Notes: generated from the sequence alone by a model not told the origin. A stretch of DNA of 64,000 nt from Candidatus Sulfomarinibacteraceae bacterium (GCA_963796455.1 CAWCLO010000010.1:416001-480000), one strand, 5' to 3'. Shown: positions 39,407 through 49,585, numbered from the stretch's first letter. Made by a program: numbers and translations.

Positions 39407-41317
39407 TCAGCTCTTCTTACGCAGGATTCGGCGGCGATTGCCCTGTCGTACGGTCACGCGCTCGGAATCCAGCCATTCAAGGGCCGGAATCGCCAGTTTT
39501 CGGGTGAGACCGAAACGTTCCTTGAAATCACCCACGGCAAAGTCCTCGGCCTCCCAGGCTCGAACTCCGTTTGCAACCTCGTCGAGCACCGCGCGGTGAA
39601 TCAAAAACTTGCCATCCAGACGCACCAGACGGTGGCGCTGGGTCAGAAAGCGACAGATTCCTTCGACGGTTGCTGGTTTGGCCTGCAATGTGTCCGCAGC
39701 TTCGGGGGGCGACGGCGCCGCGAATCCAGCCTGGCGGTATAGCGCTTCGACCCGTCGACTCAACTCTTCGCCGGCTGCCGTCATGTGGCTTTCTTTGCCC
39801 GGTGGAACCACCCGCCCTTCGGTGAGTTCAATCACTCCACGGCCGCGCAACTCTTCGAGATAGATATCGGAAAGATCCGTCGCCTGTCGCGGCAACAGAC
39901 TCCCGGCAAAATCGCGCGCCGGAATGCCTGCCGACACCTCTTCACCGGCAAGCCGTCGATCAAGCTCCGCGGCTGCGGTCTCGGCGAGACGATCGAGGGC
40001 CTCGGTTGAAACAAAAACGGGTGGTTGGACGGGCAATGTGCGGATTGAGCCCGCCTCGAGAAGACGCCCGAGAGGTGCCTGTACCAGCTCCTCGAGGACC
40101 CCCAACCGTCCGCTGATCGCCGGCAAAGAAAGACCGCTCAGACCCTTCCCTTCGATCCAACTTCCGATCAACTGCGGCCAGTCCGTTTGTCGCGTGTCCG
40201 GCACCTTCTCCAGCTCGGCGCTGTCGCGGCGCCGACACCGGTTCAGATGGGCGTCGAGCACCTTGCCGCCGGCAAACGTATTGACCGGCGACGGTCTCCG
40301 GAGAATGACGCGGTCACCCGGAAACAACAACATCGGCTCGTGCAGCTTGATCTGCGCGTTGGCCCGATCGCCGGGAACCAAGGGCCTGGAGGACAACCGT
40401 TCGATCCGCGCCGGCACCCTTGCGGCGAGGGCGTGGACCTCCACGTCGTCACCCTCGTCGAGAGCACCCGGCGCCGCGGCGAGGAGCTCGAGATTGACGG
40501 TGACGATCCGGGTCGGTTTCCAGGGCCCCGGTGACATGACCTGGTCCCCCCGCTTGAGGTCGGCCCGTGAAAGACCGGCGATATTGATCGCCACCCGCTC
40601 TCCAGCCTCGACCGATTGCCGCTCCTGAGAGTGCACGTGGAGGCGCCGGACACGCGCGGTCACCTGTTGGGGGAAAATACTGACTCCCGATCCGACCTCG
40701 AGCGTGCCCCACAACGAAGTCCCGGTCACGACGGTTCCGGCACCGGTCAACGAGAAGACCCGGTCGACCGGCTCCCTGAAGGGACGACCATCGAGCTGTC
40801 GCGGCGGCACATCCCGCGCCTGGTCGATCAGTATCTGACGGAGTTCGTCGAGACCGGCCCCGGTCTGGGCCGAAACAGGCACCACCGGCACGCCTGCAAA
40901 TGCGGTTGGTGCCAGCAATTCTTTCACCTCTTCCGCAACCAGCTCCGCCAACTCCTCATCCACAAGATCCGATTTGGTCAGAGCGACCGCGCCACCGGGG
41001 ACGCCCATCAGTCGAATCACCTCGAGATGCTCCCGGGTCTGCGGCATGACCCCTTCGTCGGCAGCGATCACGAGCAGGGCGAGGTCGATTCCCGCGGCAC
41101 CGGCGATCATCGTGTGGACCAGCCGTTCGTGTCCCGGAACATCCACAAAATGCAGCTGAAGATCATCGTCGGTCAGCTGGGCAAAACCGAGATCGATGGT
41201 GATGCCCCGCGCCTTCTCTTCCGGAAGACGGTCGCAGTCGACCCCGGTCAGCCCTTTGACCAGGGTCGTCTTTCCGTGATCGATATGACCGGCAGTGCCC
41301 CACACGACATGTCGCAT
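39407..41317 (-). CDS. selB: Selenocysteine-specific elongation factor
   Basis: [31 protein letters not shown]-terminal [14 protein letters not shown] winged helix. Confidence 0.95.
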   Translation of the reverse strand: MRHVVWGTAGHIDHGKTTLVKGLTGVDCDRLPEEKARGITIDLGFAQLTDDDLQLHFVDVPGHERLVHTMIAGAAGIDLALLVIAADEGVMPQTREHLEVIRLMGVPGGAVALTKSDLVDEELAELVAEEVKELLAPTAFAGVPVVPVSAQTGAGLDELRQILIDQARDVPPRQLDGRPFREPVDRVFSLTGAGTVVTGTSLWGTLEVGSGVSIFPQQVTARVRRLHVHSQERQSVEAGERVAINIAGLSRADLKRGDQVMSPGPWKPTRIVTVNLELLAAAPGALDEGDDVEVHALAARVPARIERLSSRPLVPGDRANAQIKLHEPMLLFPGDRVILRRPSPVNTFAGGKVLDAHLNRCRRRDSAELEKVPDTRQTDWPQLIGSWIEGKGLSGLSLPAISGRLGVLEELVQAPLGRLLEAGSIRTLPVQPPVFVSTEALDRLAETAAAELDRRLAGEEVSAGIPARDFAGSLLPRQATDLSDIYLEELRGRGVIELTEGRVVPPGKESHMTAAGEELSRRVEALYRQAGFAAPSPPEAADTLQAKPATVEGICRFLTQRHRLVRLDGKFLIHRAVLDEVANGVRAWEAEDFAVGDFKERFGLTRKLAIPALEWLDSERVTVRQGNRRRILRKKS

Positions 41318-41415
41318 CGGCTCATGGTACATGGTCGCCGCCGCCTTCGATTGAAAGCGGAAACCTTTCGCAGAGATTCGTGGCACCGCGGACCACGAAT
41401 CGTTATGCTCTCCTG

Positions 41416-41982
41416 GTGAATGGTCGACCACTGGAAACCGAACTCAAGATCCCCGTCGAGGATCTCGCATCGGTCCGAGACGGGCTCTCGTCTTTGGGTG
41501 CGCGGCAGCAGCATCCGGCAGAGAGAGAGATCAACACACTCTTTGACACCGACGATCGACAGCTTCTCGAGTCTGCCAGCGTCTTGCGTCTGCGTCGGCA
41601 TGGGTCGCGCAAGCTCCTGACATTCAAGGGACCACCCGCCTATCGCGGCGCCATCAAGGAGCGGGTCGAGCTCGAGCTCGAAATCACTGATGGAGAAACC
41701 ATGCGGCTCATCCTTGAACAACTCGGGTTGCAGCTCGTGGCGCGCTACGAAAAAGACCGGGAGTCCTGGACCGTTGGCGATGTGCAAATCGAACTCGATC
41801 ACACTCCGATGGGTGATTTCGTCGAAATCGAAGGCCCACCGGAAAAACTCGAGACCGTCGCCCGAGGGATCGGTCTCGATCCGGATCAGGCGGTACGAGG
41901 CTCCTATCTCGGTCTGTGGCACGACCATCGCTGCAAGAATCCCGATGACGATCTACCGATCGATATGGTGTTCGAGGGATGA
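41416..41982 (+). CDS. CYTH-domain protein (class IV adenylate cyclase family)
   Basis: ETELK (ExExK), LRLR, LTFKGP, YEKDRE, LD..PMGDFVEIEG. Confidence 0.88.
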   Translation: MNGRPLETELKIPVEDLASVRDGLSSLGARQQHPAEREINTLFDTDDRQLLESASVLRLRRHGSRKLLTFKGPPAYRGAIKERVELELEITDGETMRLILEQLGLQLVARYEKDRESWTVGDVQIELDHTPMGDFVEIEGPPEKLETVARGIGLDPDQAVRGSYLGLWHDHRCKNPDDDLPIDMVFEG

Positions 41983-42962
41983 AAGCTCCGGTCGCCATGG
42001 TTCTCGCCGCCGGGCGCGGTGAACGCATTCGGCCGCTTTCCGATGTGCTTCCAAAACCAGCCCTGCCACTTCCCAACGGACCCTTGATTGCCTCCGCGCT
42101 GAAGCTGGCCGCCGCTTCGGCCGAGCGCGTCGTCGTCAATACCTGGCACCTTGGCGACCGCATGAAAGAGACCATTGATCACGTTGCTTCCGAAGATCAC
42201 GAACTCCAACTCCGGATATCGCCAGAGTCATGTTTGATGGGCACCGCGGGAGGTCTGGCGCTGGCTTCACGCCGCGGTCTCCTGGGCAGCACCGGTCCGG
42301 TTCTGGTCATCAACAGCGACGGAGTGTTCGATCTCGATCTCGGGCCCCTGTTCGACCGCCACCTGGCGGCACATGACGAAATCACTCTCGCGCTCATCCC
42401 TCATCGCGACCCCTTTCGGTGGTCACGGGTCCTTCTCGGCGGCGACGGTTTGATCCATGCCATCAGGGCGCCGGGTGAACCCGATCCGTCGGAGGTCTGC
42501 TTTCTCTACCCGGGGGTGATGCTCGTGGCGCGCGAAGCCATCGATCGGCTCCCTCCAGTACCTGCAGAGACCCCCGCCAGTCTGTGGTGGCCCGCCCAGG
42601 CCCGGGATCGACTCGGCGGCGTCGTCACACCCGGTACCTGGCGCGAGGCGGGAACTCCGAGCGATTACCTGTCGGTGGTGCAGGCCGGTCTCGACGGCCG
42701 GTCGACGATCCATGCCACCGCAACGATCAGTGACACAGCCGTCATCACATCGAGCCTTGTCGGGCGCGGGTCTTCAATCCGCGCGGATTCGGTGGTCGAA
42801 GAATCGGTGGTTGCAGAAGGCGCAATCATCGGGAAGGACGCAGTCATCCGACGCTCCGTTGTCCTCGGAAAAGTAGAGATCGCCCAGGGCGAAGAAGTCA
42901 CCGACGAGTTCCGTGCCCGCCGCCACGGAGAAACCGCAGATCACGCAGATGACCGCACATAA
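41979..42962 (+). CDS. Sugar-phosphate nucleotidyltransferase
   Basis: AMVLAAGRGERIRPL...PKP, GTAGG, NSD; C-terminal left-handed beta-helix repeats. Confidence 0.85.
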   Translation: MKAPVAMVLAAGRGERIRPLSDVLPKPALPLPNGPLIASALKLAAASAERVVVNTWHLGDRMKETIDHVASEDHELQLRISPESCLMGTAGGLALASRRGLLGSTGPVLVINSDGVFDLDLGPLFDRHLAAHDEITLALIPHRDPFRWSRVLLGGDGLIHAIRAPGEPDPSEVCFLYPGVMLVAREAIDRLPPVPAETPASLWWPAQARDRLGGVVTPGTWREAGTPSDYLSVVQAGLDGRSTIHATATISDTAVITSSLVGRGSSIRADSVVEESVVAEGAIIGKDAVIRRSVVLGKVEIAQGEEVTDEFRARRHGETADHADDRT

Positions 42963-43022
42963 GGAATGGGCATCGGAGGCCGACTGAAAGACCTGTCGTC
43001 CGGATCCCTCTGGTCGAGGCCG

Positions 43023-43099
43023 TCTCCCTTTCTCCCTTTCCCCCCTGCTCCCTTTCTCCCTTCCCCCCTGCTCCCTTTCTCCCTTTCCCGGTTCCTCCC
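43023..43099. repeat. Pyrimidine-rich octamer tandem array (TCTCCCTT)n
   Basis: TCTCCCTT TCTCCCTT TCCCCCC TGCTCCCTT...; same unit at 47087-47138. Confidence 0.85.
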
Positions 43100-43716
43100 T
43101 ACATCCCAGCCCTTCGCCACTCGCTCCAGCCCGAGCGCCACACCAGCGCCATCACGCGACCGGTTCCACCATAGACCCTGAGCACTCTCATCCGCGAGTG
43201 GTGGTCGGTGAAATAGACCGAACAGGGGGTGGCCGTGCCTCTCGGAGTAAAAGTGATGATGTCGCCGCGACCGGCGCGGACAGGGTCGTCGATGTTGCCC
43301 CGCAATCGGCCGCGACCGGACGGGTCCGGCACGTACTCACCACGGAGGATGCCGAGTCCCGCCCCCGAGGCTTCGAAACGAAGCACCTCACCGACGATCG
43401 GATCGGTCATCGAACGGATATCCGCTCGGAGGATTCCGTCGCCATCCCCATCCGTAGCAATAAAACTCCGCCAGGAACCGTCATCTCTTCGTTCAAAAAC
43501 CACCGCATGGGCGTGGCCGTTCATCACGGCGTAGGCGCGGCAGCGAAAAAAGAGGCCGTGCATTCGTGCCGCTGCGCCGCTCAGGGCCGCCGCGCGGCTC
43601 GCCTCCGAAAGCGCCGGAAGCGTGATGGTCAGGATGAGCGCAATCACACCGAGGACCACGACCACCTCCACCAGAGACATTCCATAGTTCAACCCGCTAT
43701 TGAAACTCTTGTGCAC
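43099..43716 (-). CDS. Prepilin-type (GspH/FimT-like) protein
   Basis: Class III signal G|MSLVEVVVVLGVIALI; ITFTPRG C-terminal motif. Confidence 0.82.
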   Translation of the reverse strand: MHKSFNSGLNYGMSLVEVVVVLGVIALILTITLPALSEASRAAALSGAAARMHGLFFRCRAYAVMNGHAHAVVFERRDDGSWRSFIATDGDGDGILRADIRSMTDPIVGEVLRFEASGAGLGILRGEYVPDPSGRGRLRGNIDDPVRAGRGDIITFTPRGTATPCSVYFTDHHSRMRVLRVYGGTGRVMALVWRSGWSEWRRAGM

Positions 43717-43809
43717 TCCGAAACCCCCGTTTCTACCTTCCTTCGTCTCTTAGGAGAGACACATCCATACTCGAGACCATGTTCTTTTCCTTTTCTGGTC
43801 ACGAAGGCC

Positions 43810-43835
43810 AAAAAAACGCGGCCCCGAAGGGCCGC
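43810..43835 (-). terminator. Intrinsic terminator after comEA
   Basis: Minus strand GCGGCCC-TTCG-GGGCCGC-GTTTTTTT. Confidence 0.85.
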
Positions 43836-43911
43836 ATCCCGTCCACGCTTTGTTTCAAGCCACCCGCGGTTGTTGGGGCCGACAGACCCCTTCCTGGGTG
43901 GCGGTTGATCA

Positions 43912-44253
43912 TCAGTCGGCAGCGTTCGCGCCGCCGGGCGAACGAGGCGATTCCACCTTTTCGGAAAGGGTGGTCGCGCCGCTGGTCACGATGTATGGTT
44001 CGAGCCTCTTGAACGAGCTGTCACCGATGCCCTTGACGGCGATGATCTCGTCGACCGAGCGAAACGGTCCGCTGGTCTCTCTGAACTCGATGATCCTCGT
44101 CGCCAGCGCCGGCCCGACTCGCGGCAGCAGCTGAAGCTGGTCCGCAGTTGCAGTGTTGATATTGACAACACCGGCGGTCGAAGCCGCGGTAGCTGCGGCA
44201 ACCATCGTCGCCAGCAGCAGAACCGCCAGAATTCTCAGATCCGATCTTTTCAT
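43912..44253 (-). CDS. comEA: ComEA-family helix-hairpin-helix DNA receptor
   Basis: Signal peptide; VNINTAT..QLQLLPRVGPALA.RII.FRE..GPFRSVDEI..VKGIG. Confidence 0.92.
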   Translation of the reverse strand: MKRSDLRILAVLLLATMVAAATAASTAGVVNINTATADQLQLLPRVGPALATRIIEFRETSGPFRSVDEIIAVKGIGDSSFKRLEPYIVTSGATTLSEKVESPRSPGGANAAD

Positions 44254-44343
44254 TGTGGCTCCTTTCATTCGTGGTTGATATTCAAACCTGGGCCCGGTCA
44301 GTCGCCGTTCATGGGTGCCCCCTTTCGTACGACACCGCTAACG

Positions 44344-44358
44344 GCAAGCTCCGTGCCA
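44344..44358 (-). promoter_or_regulatory. Sigma54 (-24/-12) promoter of comEA
   Basis: TGGCAC-GGAGC-TTGC on the minus strand about 90 bp upstream of the start. Confidence 0.75.
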
Positions 44359-44522
44359 CCTTGGGGAATTCTTAGAAACTCTTTGTTTTCAGTATTTTGT
44401 GGTTCTTGGTTCGAATTGATCCCGAGATGGATCTGGAAAAACATTTTGTCAGTCCAGGCCGAAAGCCAGGCGCTATATGGTGTGAAGATTTTTTGTCAGT
44501 GTCCGGCTGTTATACTCCCCCG

Positions 44523-45182
44523 ATGGACGAGCTCATGAGGAAAACAGCAAGGCCCGAGGGCGACGAAACAGGCACCGAGCTGGTATTGGTGGTTTCTGGA
44601 GCATCCGGCAGTGTTCTCGCCACCACCTTCGCGGCTACCGCTCTGAAAAACCCCCTGGTTCGTTCCCTTCACCTCGTCATCACCGGCGCGGCCGCAAAGG
44701 TCCTGAAGCACGAACTCGGGCCGGAATGGGCGAGCGCCAAGGGCTTTCGCGAATCGCTCCCGGTCAGCGACGCGGAACGAAGTCGGCTACATACCTACCC
44801 CGACACCGAACTCACGGCGGCCATCGCTTCCGGATCGAAGGTCATCGGCGGCGTGGTTGTACTGCCTTGTTCGGCTGGCATGGTGGGAGCTCTGGCCAAC
44901 GGCATATCGCGCGGCCTCGCACAAAGAGTTGCCGACGTCGCTGTCAAACAACGATGGCCGCTGATCATCGGTATTCGCGAAACACCGATGTCGCCGATCC
45001 TTCTCGAAAACCTGCTCCGGCTGGCCCGCATTGGCGCCCACATCGTGCCGCCACTGCCCGCCTTTTACCTCAGTCCCGACGAGACCACTGCGCAGCGGGT
45101 GTTTCTCAATCACTACTGTATGCGGCTCCTCGATCTCCTCGGTCTGCCGTCGGACGACCAGGGTCTGCGATGGAAGGGGTGA
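44523..45182 (+). CDS. ubiX: Flavin prenyltransferase UbiX
   Basis: SGASG, IASGS, PCS, RVADV..K, RETP, PAFY. Confidence 0.9.
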   Translation: MDELMRKTARPEGDETGTELVLVVSGASGSVLATTFAATALKNPLVRSLHLVITGAAAKVLKHELGPEWASAKGFRESLPVSDAERSRLHTYPDTELTAAIASGSKVIGGVVVLPCSAGMVGALANGISRGLAQRVADVAVKQRWPLIIGIRETPMSPILLENLLRLARIGAHIVPPLPAFYLSPDETTAQRVFLNHYCMRLLDLLGLPSDDQGLRWKG

Positions 45183-46060
45183 GGGAGACCGCGGCAACGA
45201 TTGCCGCAAATATTAGCGAAACAGCCGAGATGGTCGCGTTCAAACACACCGTTTTTGCTCTCCCTTTCGCAATCATCGCGCTCATTACAGCCACCGCGCC
45301 GGGTTGGCCCTCTCTATCGACCTGGCTCTGGGTGGGTGTGGCGATGGTGGCGGCCCGAACTGCAGCCATGTCCTTCAATCGACTGGTCGACCAGGGCATC
45401 GATGCGAAAAACCCCCGCACCAAAAATCGATCGCTTCCCGCTGGTCGCCTCAGCCGCAGGTTCGCGTGGACCACCACCGTGGTTTCGGCGCTCGTTTTTG
45501 TCATCGCCGCGGCGGAACTCAACCGGCTCTGCCTGGTGCTCAGCCTGCCGACTTTGGCCGTCCTCCTGGGTTACTCCTACAGCAAACGGTTCACCGCGGC
45601 GTCCCATCTCTGGCTCGGGATCGCCCTCGGCTTGGCGCCGGTTGGAGCATGGATTGCGGCCACCGGCCACCTCGGCTGGCCGGCCGTGGTGTTGGCGCTT
45701 GCGGTATGTTTCTGGGTCGCCGGCTTTGATGTCATCTACTCCCTCCAGGATGAGGTCTTTGATTCGAGGGCGGGTCTCCGGTCGATACCGGCGCGCCTCG
45801 GTGGACGACGCGCGCTCGTGCTCGCACGGTGCTTTCACGCTCTGGCATTGGCCGGCTTTTTCGCCTTCGCAATGGCCGCCGGCGGAGGGCCCATACGCCT
45901 GGCCGCGGTCGCCGCGGCAGCGGCCCTCCTGGCCTGGCAACACCGGCAGATCTCGGCCGAAGACCTCAGCGCGGTGGATGCGGCGTTCTTCACCGCCAAC
46001 GGCACACTGGCGGTCGTGATGTGTGCGGCCTTTGTGATCGCCCGAATTTTCGGCGGATGA
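45170..46060 (+). CDS. UbiA-family prenyltransferase (MqnP-like)
   Basis: KHTVFALPFA, ARTAAMSFNRLVD..ID.KNPRT..R, YSYSKRFT, GFDVIYSLQD. Confidence 0.88.
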   Translation: MEGVRETAATIAANISETAEMVAFKHTVFALPFAIIALITATAPGWPSLSTWLWVGVAMVAARTAAMSFNRLVDQGIDAKNPRTKNRSLPAGRLSRRFAWTTTVVSALVFVIAAAELNRLCLVLSLPTLAVLLGYSYSKRFTAASHLWLGIALGLAPVGAWIAATGHLGWPAVVLALAVCFWVAGFDVIYSLQDEVFDSRAGLRSIPARLGGRRALVLARCFHALALAGFFAFAMAAGGGPIRLAAVAAAAALLAWQHRQISAEDLSAVDAAFFTANGTLAVVMCAAFVIARIFGG

Positions 46061-46104
46061 CGAGAGCCATGCTCCGCTGGGCCTGCTAAGATCGGCGAAG
46101 CCTG

Positions 46105-46761
46105 ATGAGCGGACGCAAGATTCCATTCCGACACATCGCCGTCGAGGGCCCGATCGGGGTCGGCAAGACCTCGCTCGTCCAGCTTCTCGCCGATCGATTC
46201 GAGGGGGTGATGGTACTCGAGGACATCACCAATCCCTTTTTGCCGTCGTTCTACGAGGGTCGCGAGGGCGCCGCCTTTCAGGTTCAGATCTACTTCCTGC
46301 TGTCGCGTTTTCAACAACAACGCGAGATCGCTCAGATGAATCTCTTCCAACGCCTTGTCCTGGCCGACTACAGCTTTCCAAAGGACCGCATCTTTGCCTA
46401 TCTGAACCTCGACGACACCGATCTCAGAGTCTACGAAAAGCTCTACCCGGTGCTCGATGTCGAGGTCCCGAAACCGGACCTCGTGATCTATATGCAGGCT
46501 TCGGTGCCGGTCCTCCTCGAGCGGATCAACAAACGGGCCCGCGATTTCGAGAGCACCATCGACCCGGAGTATCTGGAGCGTCTGAGCGAAGCCTATTCTT
46601 ATTACTTTTTTCACTACCGGGAGACGCCGCTGCTGGTGGTCAACACGGACGAGATCGATTTCGTCAACAACAGCGCCGATTTTGAGGCCTTCGTCGAACA
46701 GATCACCCGCAGCCACCGCGGCACGCAGGTGTACGTCCCGGTAGGGTCACAGCGCCCATAG
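46105..46761 (+). CDS. Deoxynucleoside kinase
   Basis: IAVEGPIGVGKTSL, NPFL..FY, QIYFLLSR, PDLVIY. Confidence 0.9.
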   Translation: MSGRKIPFRHIAVEGPIGVGKTSLVQLLADRFEGVMVLEDITNPFLPSFYEGREGAAFQVQIYFLLSRFQQQREIAQMNLFQRLVLADYSFPKDRIFAYLNLDDTDLRVYEKLYPVLDVEVPKPDLVIYMQASVPVLLERINKRARDFESTIDPEYLERLSEAYSYYFFHYRETPLLVVNTDEIDFVNNSADFEAFVEQITRSHRGTQVYVPVGSQRP

Positions 46762-46831
46762 ACTCTGCCGCGGACGCGGACACGGACAGGGGTTGAGACC
46801 GAGGCTGCCGGGGAGATCCAGCCATGCGGCA

Positions 46832-47016
46832 ACGTCGGAGTGACGTGGTGGCGGTTGGAAACGCAAAGACGCGAAGACGCGAAGAATACGCTAAGTTTTC
46901 CACAAACCCATCAGACAATACCTTCGCGTCCTTCGCGTCCTTCGCGTCTTCGCGTTTTCAACGAGTATCAAGCGAGGTCGAATTGGTAAGAGAAGGTTTC
47001 ACGGCTCAAATCGCCC
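46832..47016 (+). repeat. About 180-bp palindromic intergenic element, copy 1 (direct partner 48510-48686)
   Basis: Shared left end ACGTCGGWGTGACGTGGTGGYGGTTGGAAACGC, shared right end CGGCTCAAATCGCCC, internal inverted arrays (GACGCGAA)n / (TTCGCGTC)n. Confidence 0.85.
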
Positions 47017-47086
47017 AGACACGTTGACGGGTCCTGTTCCTGCCCGATGGCGCGCGACCTGCCCCTATGACCGATCGGCAGGTTGC

Positions 47087-47138
47087 TCTCCCTTTCCCCC
47101 GTTCCCCGTTTCTCCCTTTCTCCCTTTCTCCCTTTCTC
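47087..47138. repeat. Pyrimidine-rich octamer array (TCTCCCTT)n
   Basis: TCTCCCTTTCCCCCGTTCCCCGTTTCTCCCTTTCTCCCTTTCTCCCTTTCTC. Confidence 0.85.
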
Positions 47139-47174
47139 ATCCAGACTGCTATAGTGCCCCGCTGAGGAGAAAAC

Positions 47175-48458
47175 ATGCTCGCCCGAGACCTTTTTCGCAG
47201 CCACCCCGACCGTGTTCGCTTGATGCTCGACCAACGGCACACCGAAGCGCCCCTCGATCATCTGCTCGAAATCGATGGCGAGTGGAGAACGGTGCTAGTC
47301 GATGTCGAAGAAAAGAAAGCCCGCCGTAACGTCGGTTCGAAGGAGATCGGCGGTCTCTATCGCGACGGCCGGCAGGATGAGGCGGAAGCAAAGAAACTCG
47401 AGATGTCCGCCCTGGGTGAGGAAATCAAGGCGCTCGAGGACCGTGCCCGAGAACTCGAAGGGACCCTCGGCGGGCTCGAGCTCACGATTCCAAACATCTT
47501 CGATCCAAGCGTGCCTCTCGGCAAGGATGAAGAATCAAATCGTGTCGAACGCGCGTGGGGCGACCGGCCGGTCTTCGATTTTGAACCCCAGGCCCATTGG
47601 GATCTCGGCCCCGATCTCGGTATCGTCGATTTCGAGCGCGCAGCCAAGATCGCTTCGAGCCGATTCGCTGTGCTCCGCGGAGCAGGGGCCGCTCTCGAAA
47701 GGGCTCTGATCGCCTACATGCTCGATCTCCACATCCACGAACACGGCTATGCCGAAGTGATTCCGCCATACCTGGTGAATTCCACATCCCTTTACGGCAC
47801 CGGACAATTGCCGAAATTTGCGGACGATCTCTTCCACGTCGAGGGCGCCGATCTCTATATGGTGCCAACCGCCGAGGTGCCCCTCACCAACCTGCACCGC
47901 GACGAGACCATCTCCGAGGCAGATCTGCCGATCAGATACTGCGCCGCGACGCCTTGCTTCCGAGCCGAGGCGGGCTCCCATGGCCGCGATGTCCGCGGCC
48001 TCATCCGCCAGCATCAGTTTCACAAGGTCGAGTTGGTCGATTTCGCCCACCCGGAGACTTCGTGGGATCTGCTCGAAGAAATCACATCCCATGCCGAAAA
48101 GACCCTGCAGGGCCTCGGTCTCCCCTATCGGGTGGTGAGTCTGTCCAGCGGTGATCTCGGGTTTTCGGCGGCCAAAACCTATGATCTCGAGGTTTGGCTG
48201 CCGGCGATGGACTGTTACCGCGAGATCTCCTCCTGTTCCAACTTCACCGATTTCCAGGCACGCCGCGCCCACCTCCGCTACCGTCCGGCGGATGGCGGCA
48301 AGACCCGCCTCCTCCACACCTTGAATGGCTCGGCCCTGGCCGCCGGAAGAACCATGGTTGCGGTGCTCGAGAACTACCAGCGGGCCGATGGTTCGGTGGT
48401 CGTGCCCGAGGTACTCCGCCCCTACATGCACGGTCTCGAACTCATCGAACCACAGTAG
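47175..48458 (+). CDS. serS: Serine-tRNA ligase
   Basis: [55 protein letters not shown]. Confidence 0.98.
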   Translation: MLARDLFRSHPDRVRLMLDQRHTEAPLDHLLEIDGEWRTVLVDVEEKKARRNVGSKEIGGLYRDGRQDEAEAKKLEMSALGEEIKALEDRARELEGTLGGLELTIPNIFDPSVPLGKDEESNRVERAWGDRPVFDFEPQAHWDLGPDLGIVDFERAAKIASSRFAVLRGAGAALERALIAYMLDLHIHEHGYAEVIPPYLVNSTSLYGTGQLPKFADDLFHVEGADLYMVPTAEVPLTNLHRDETISEADLPIRYCAATPCFRAEAGSHGRDVRGLIRQHQFHKVELVDFAHPETSWDLLEEITSHAEKTLQGLGLPYRVVSLSSGDLGFSAAKTYDLEVWLPAMDCYREISSCSNFTDFQARRAHLRYRPADGGKTRLLHTLNGSALAAGRTMVAVLENYQRADGSVVVPEVLRPYMHGLELIEPQ

Positions 48459-48509
48459 AGCCTTTCGTTAGATCGAAGACCGACAACCGGGAAATCATTA
48501 CAAGCAGCT

Positions 48510-48686
48510 ACGTCGGTGTGACGTGGTGGTGGTTGGAAACGCCAAGCCGCAAAGAGCGCCAAGAAAGCGCGAAGCTCTGAACAAAACCATCAAAAAATTT
48601 CTTTGCGGTCTTTGCGTCTTCGCGTTTTTTACGCAGATCAAGCTGTTGTTAACCTGTACTGGACGTGAAGGCGGCTCAAATCGCCC
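48510..48686 (+). repeat. About 180-bp palindromic intergenic element, copy 2
   Basis: Same ends as 46832-47016; CGCAAAG/CGCGAAG arrays facing CTTTGCG/CTTCGCG. Confidence 0.85.
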
Positions 48687-48770
48687 GCACTCGTTTCCGA
48701 ATCCGTCTCCCTACCCGATGGTTCACGACCAAGCCCTCATCCCACGCAGGAAACGGGCGGCTGACGAAAC

Positions 48771-49346
48771 CTAGGACACCGGCGGCAATTCCAATTGGTC
48801 GGCGATGGTGGCCATGGCATTGCGCACGAACTCGATGTGCTCACCAAGCTCGACACCAAGATCCTCGGCTCCGTTGCGGACATCATCCCGGTTGACACCG
48901 CGGGCAAAGGCCTTGTCCTTGAGCTTTTTTTTGACCGACTTGGTCTTGACCTCGGCGATCGCCTTGTCCGGCCGCACCAGGGCGCAGGCGGTCAAAAACC
49001 CGGAAAGTTCATCCACCGCAAAAAGCGTCTTGGCGACCAGGGTGTCTCGCGAAAGACCCATATAGTCAGCATGGGAGGCGATCGTCTGAACCCATTCCTC
49101 GGGCCAGCCGCGTTCGCGAAGGATGGCGCAACCGACGTGGAGGTGGGTTTCTTCGGTCGGGTTCTGTTGATAGTCAAAATCGTGCACCAGACCGATGATG
49201 CCCCACACCTCTTCGTCTTCGCCCGAGGACTTCGCATAGGCGCGCATGGCGGCCTCAACACCGAGGGCGTGCTTGATCAGGCTCGGGTTGTCGGTGTACT
49301 CGTTCAACAACGCCCAGGCATCTTCACGGGTCGGTGTGTCGCTCAT
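48771..49346 (-). CDS. HD/HDIG-domain metal-dependent phosphohydrolase
   Basis: KHALGVE, VHDFDY, SH, LFAVDELSG, KDKAFARGVNR. Confidence 0.85.
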   Translation of the reverse strand: MSDTPTREDAWALLNEYTDNPSLIKHALGVEAAMRAYAKSSGEDEEVWGIIGLVHDFDYQQNPTEETHLHVGCAILRERGWPEEWVQTIASHADYMGLSRDTLVAKTLFAVDELSGFLTACALVRPDKAIAEVKTKSVKKKLKDKAFARGVNRDDVRNGAEDLGVELGEHIEFVRNAMATIADQLELPPVS

Positions 49347-49526
49347 TGCCCCTCCGTCGGGAGAGTATAGCCTCCTCCCGAGTCCGCGTCCGCGCCCGTG
49401 TCCCTGTCCGTACCCCCGAATTCAGGTGTTCGCCGCTTCCCCTCGGGTCCGTTTGCCTTTCCAGGAACGAATCCTGGTGAAAATCAAGACTGGGCTCAGA
49501 AATTTACTCATTTTGCGTAATTTGTC

Positions 49527-49555
49527 TTGACTTTGTTAGAATTTAGCCGCAAAAT
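49527..49555 (+). promoter_or_regulatory. Putative sigma70 promoter of glnA
   Basis: TTGACT-17 bp-CAAAAT in an AT-rich tract; SD CAGGAGG before the TTG start. Confidence 0.55.
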
Positions 49556-49585
49556 TTACCAAACGATACTCCAGGAGGCTTCAAA

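Noticed and set aside
46832..48686. CRISPR array or composite transposon
   Set aside because: No regular repeat-spacer periodicity, no cas genes and no transposase
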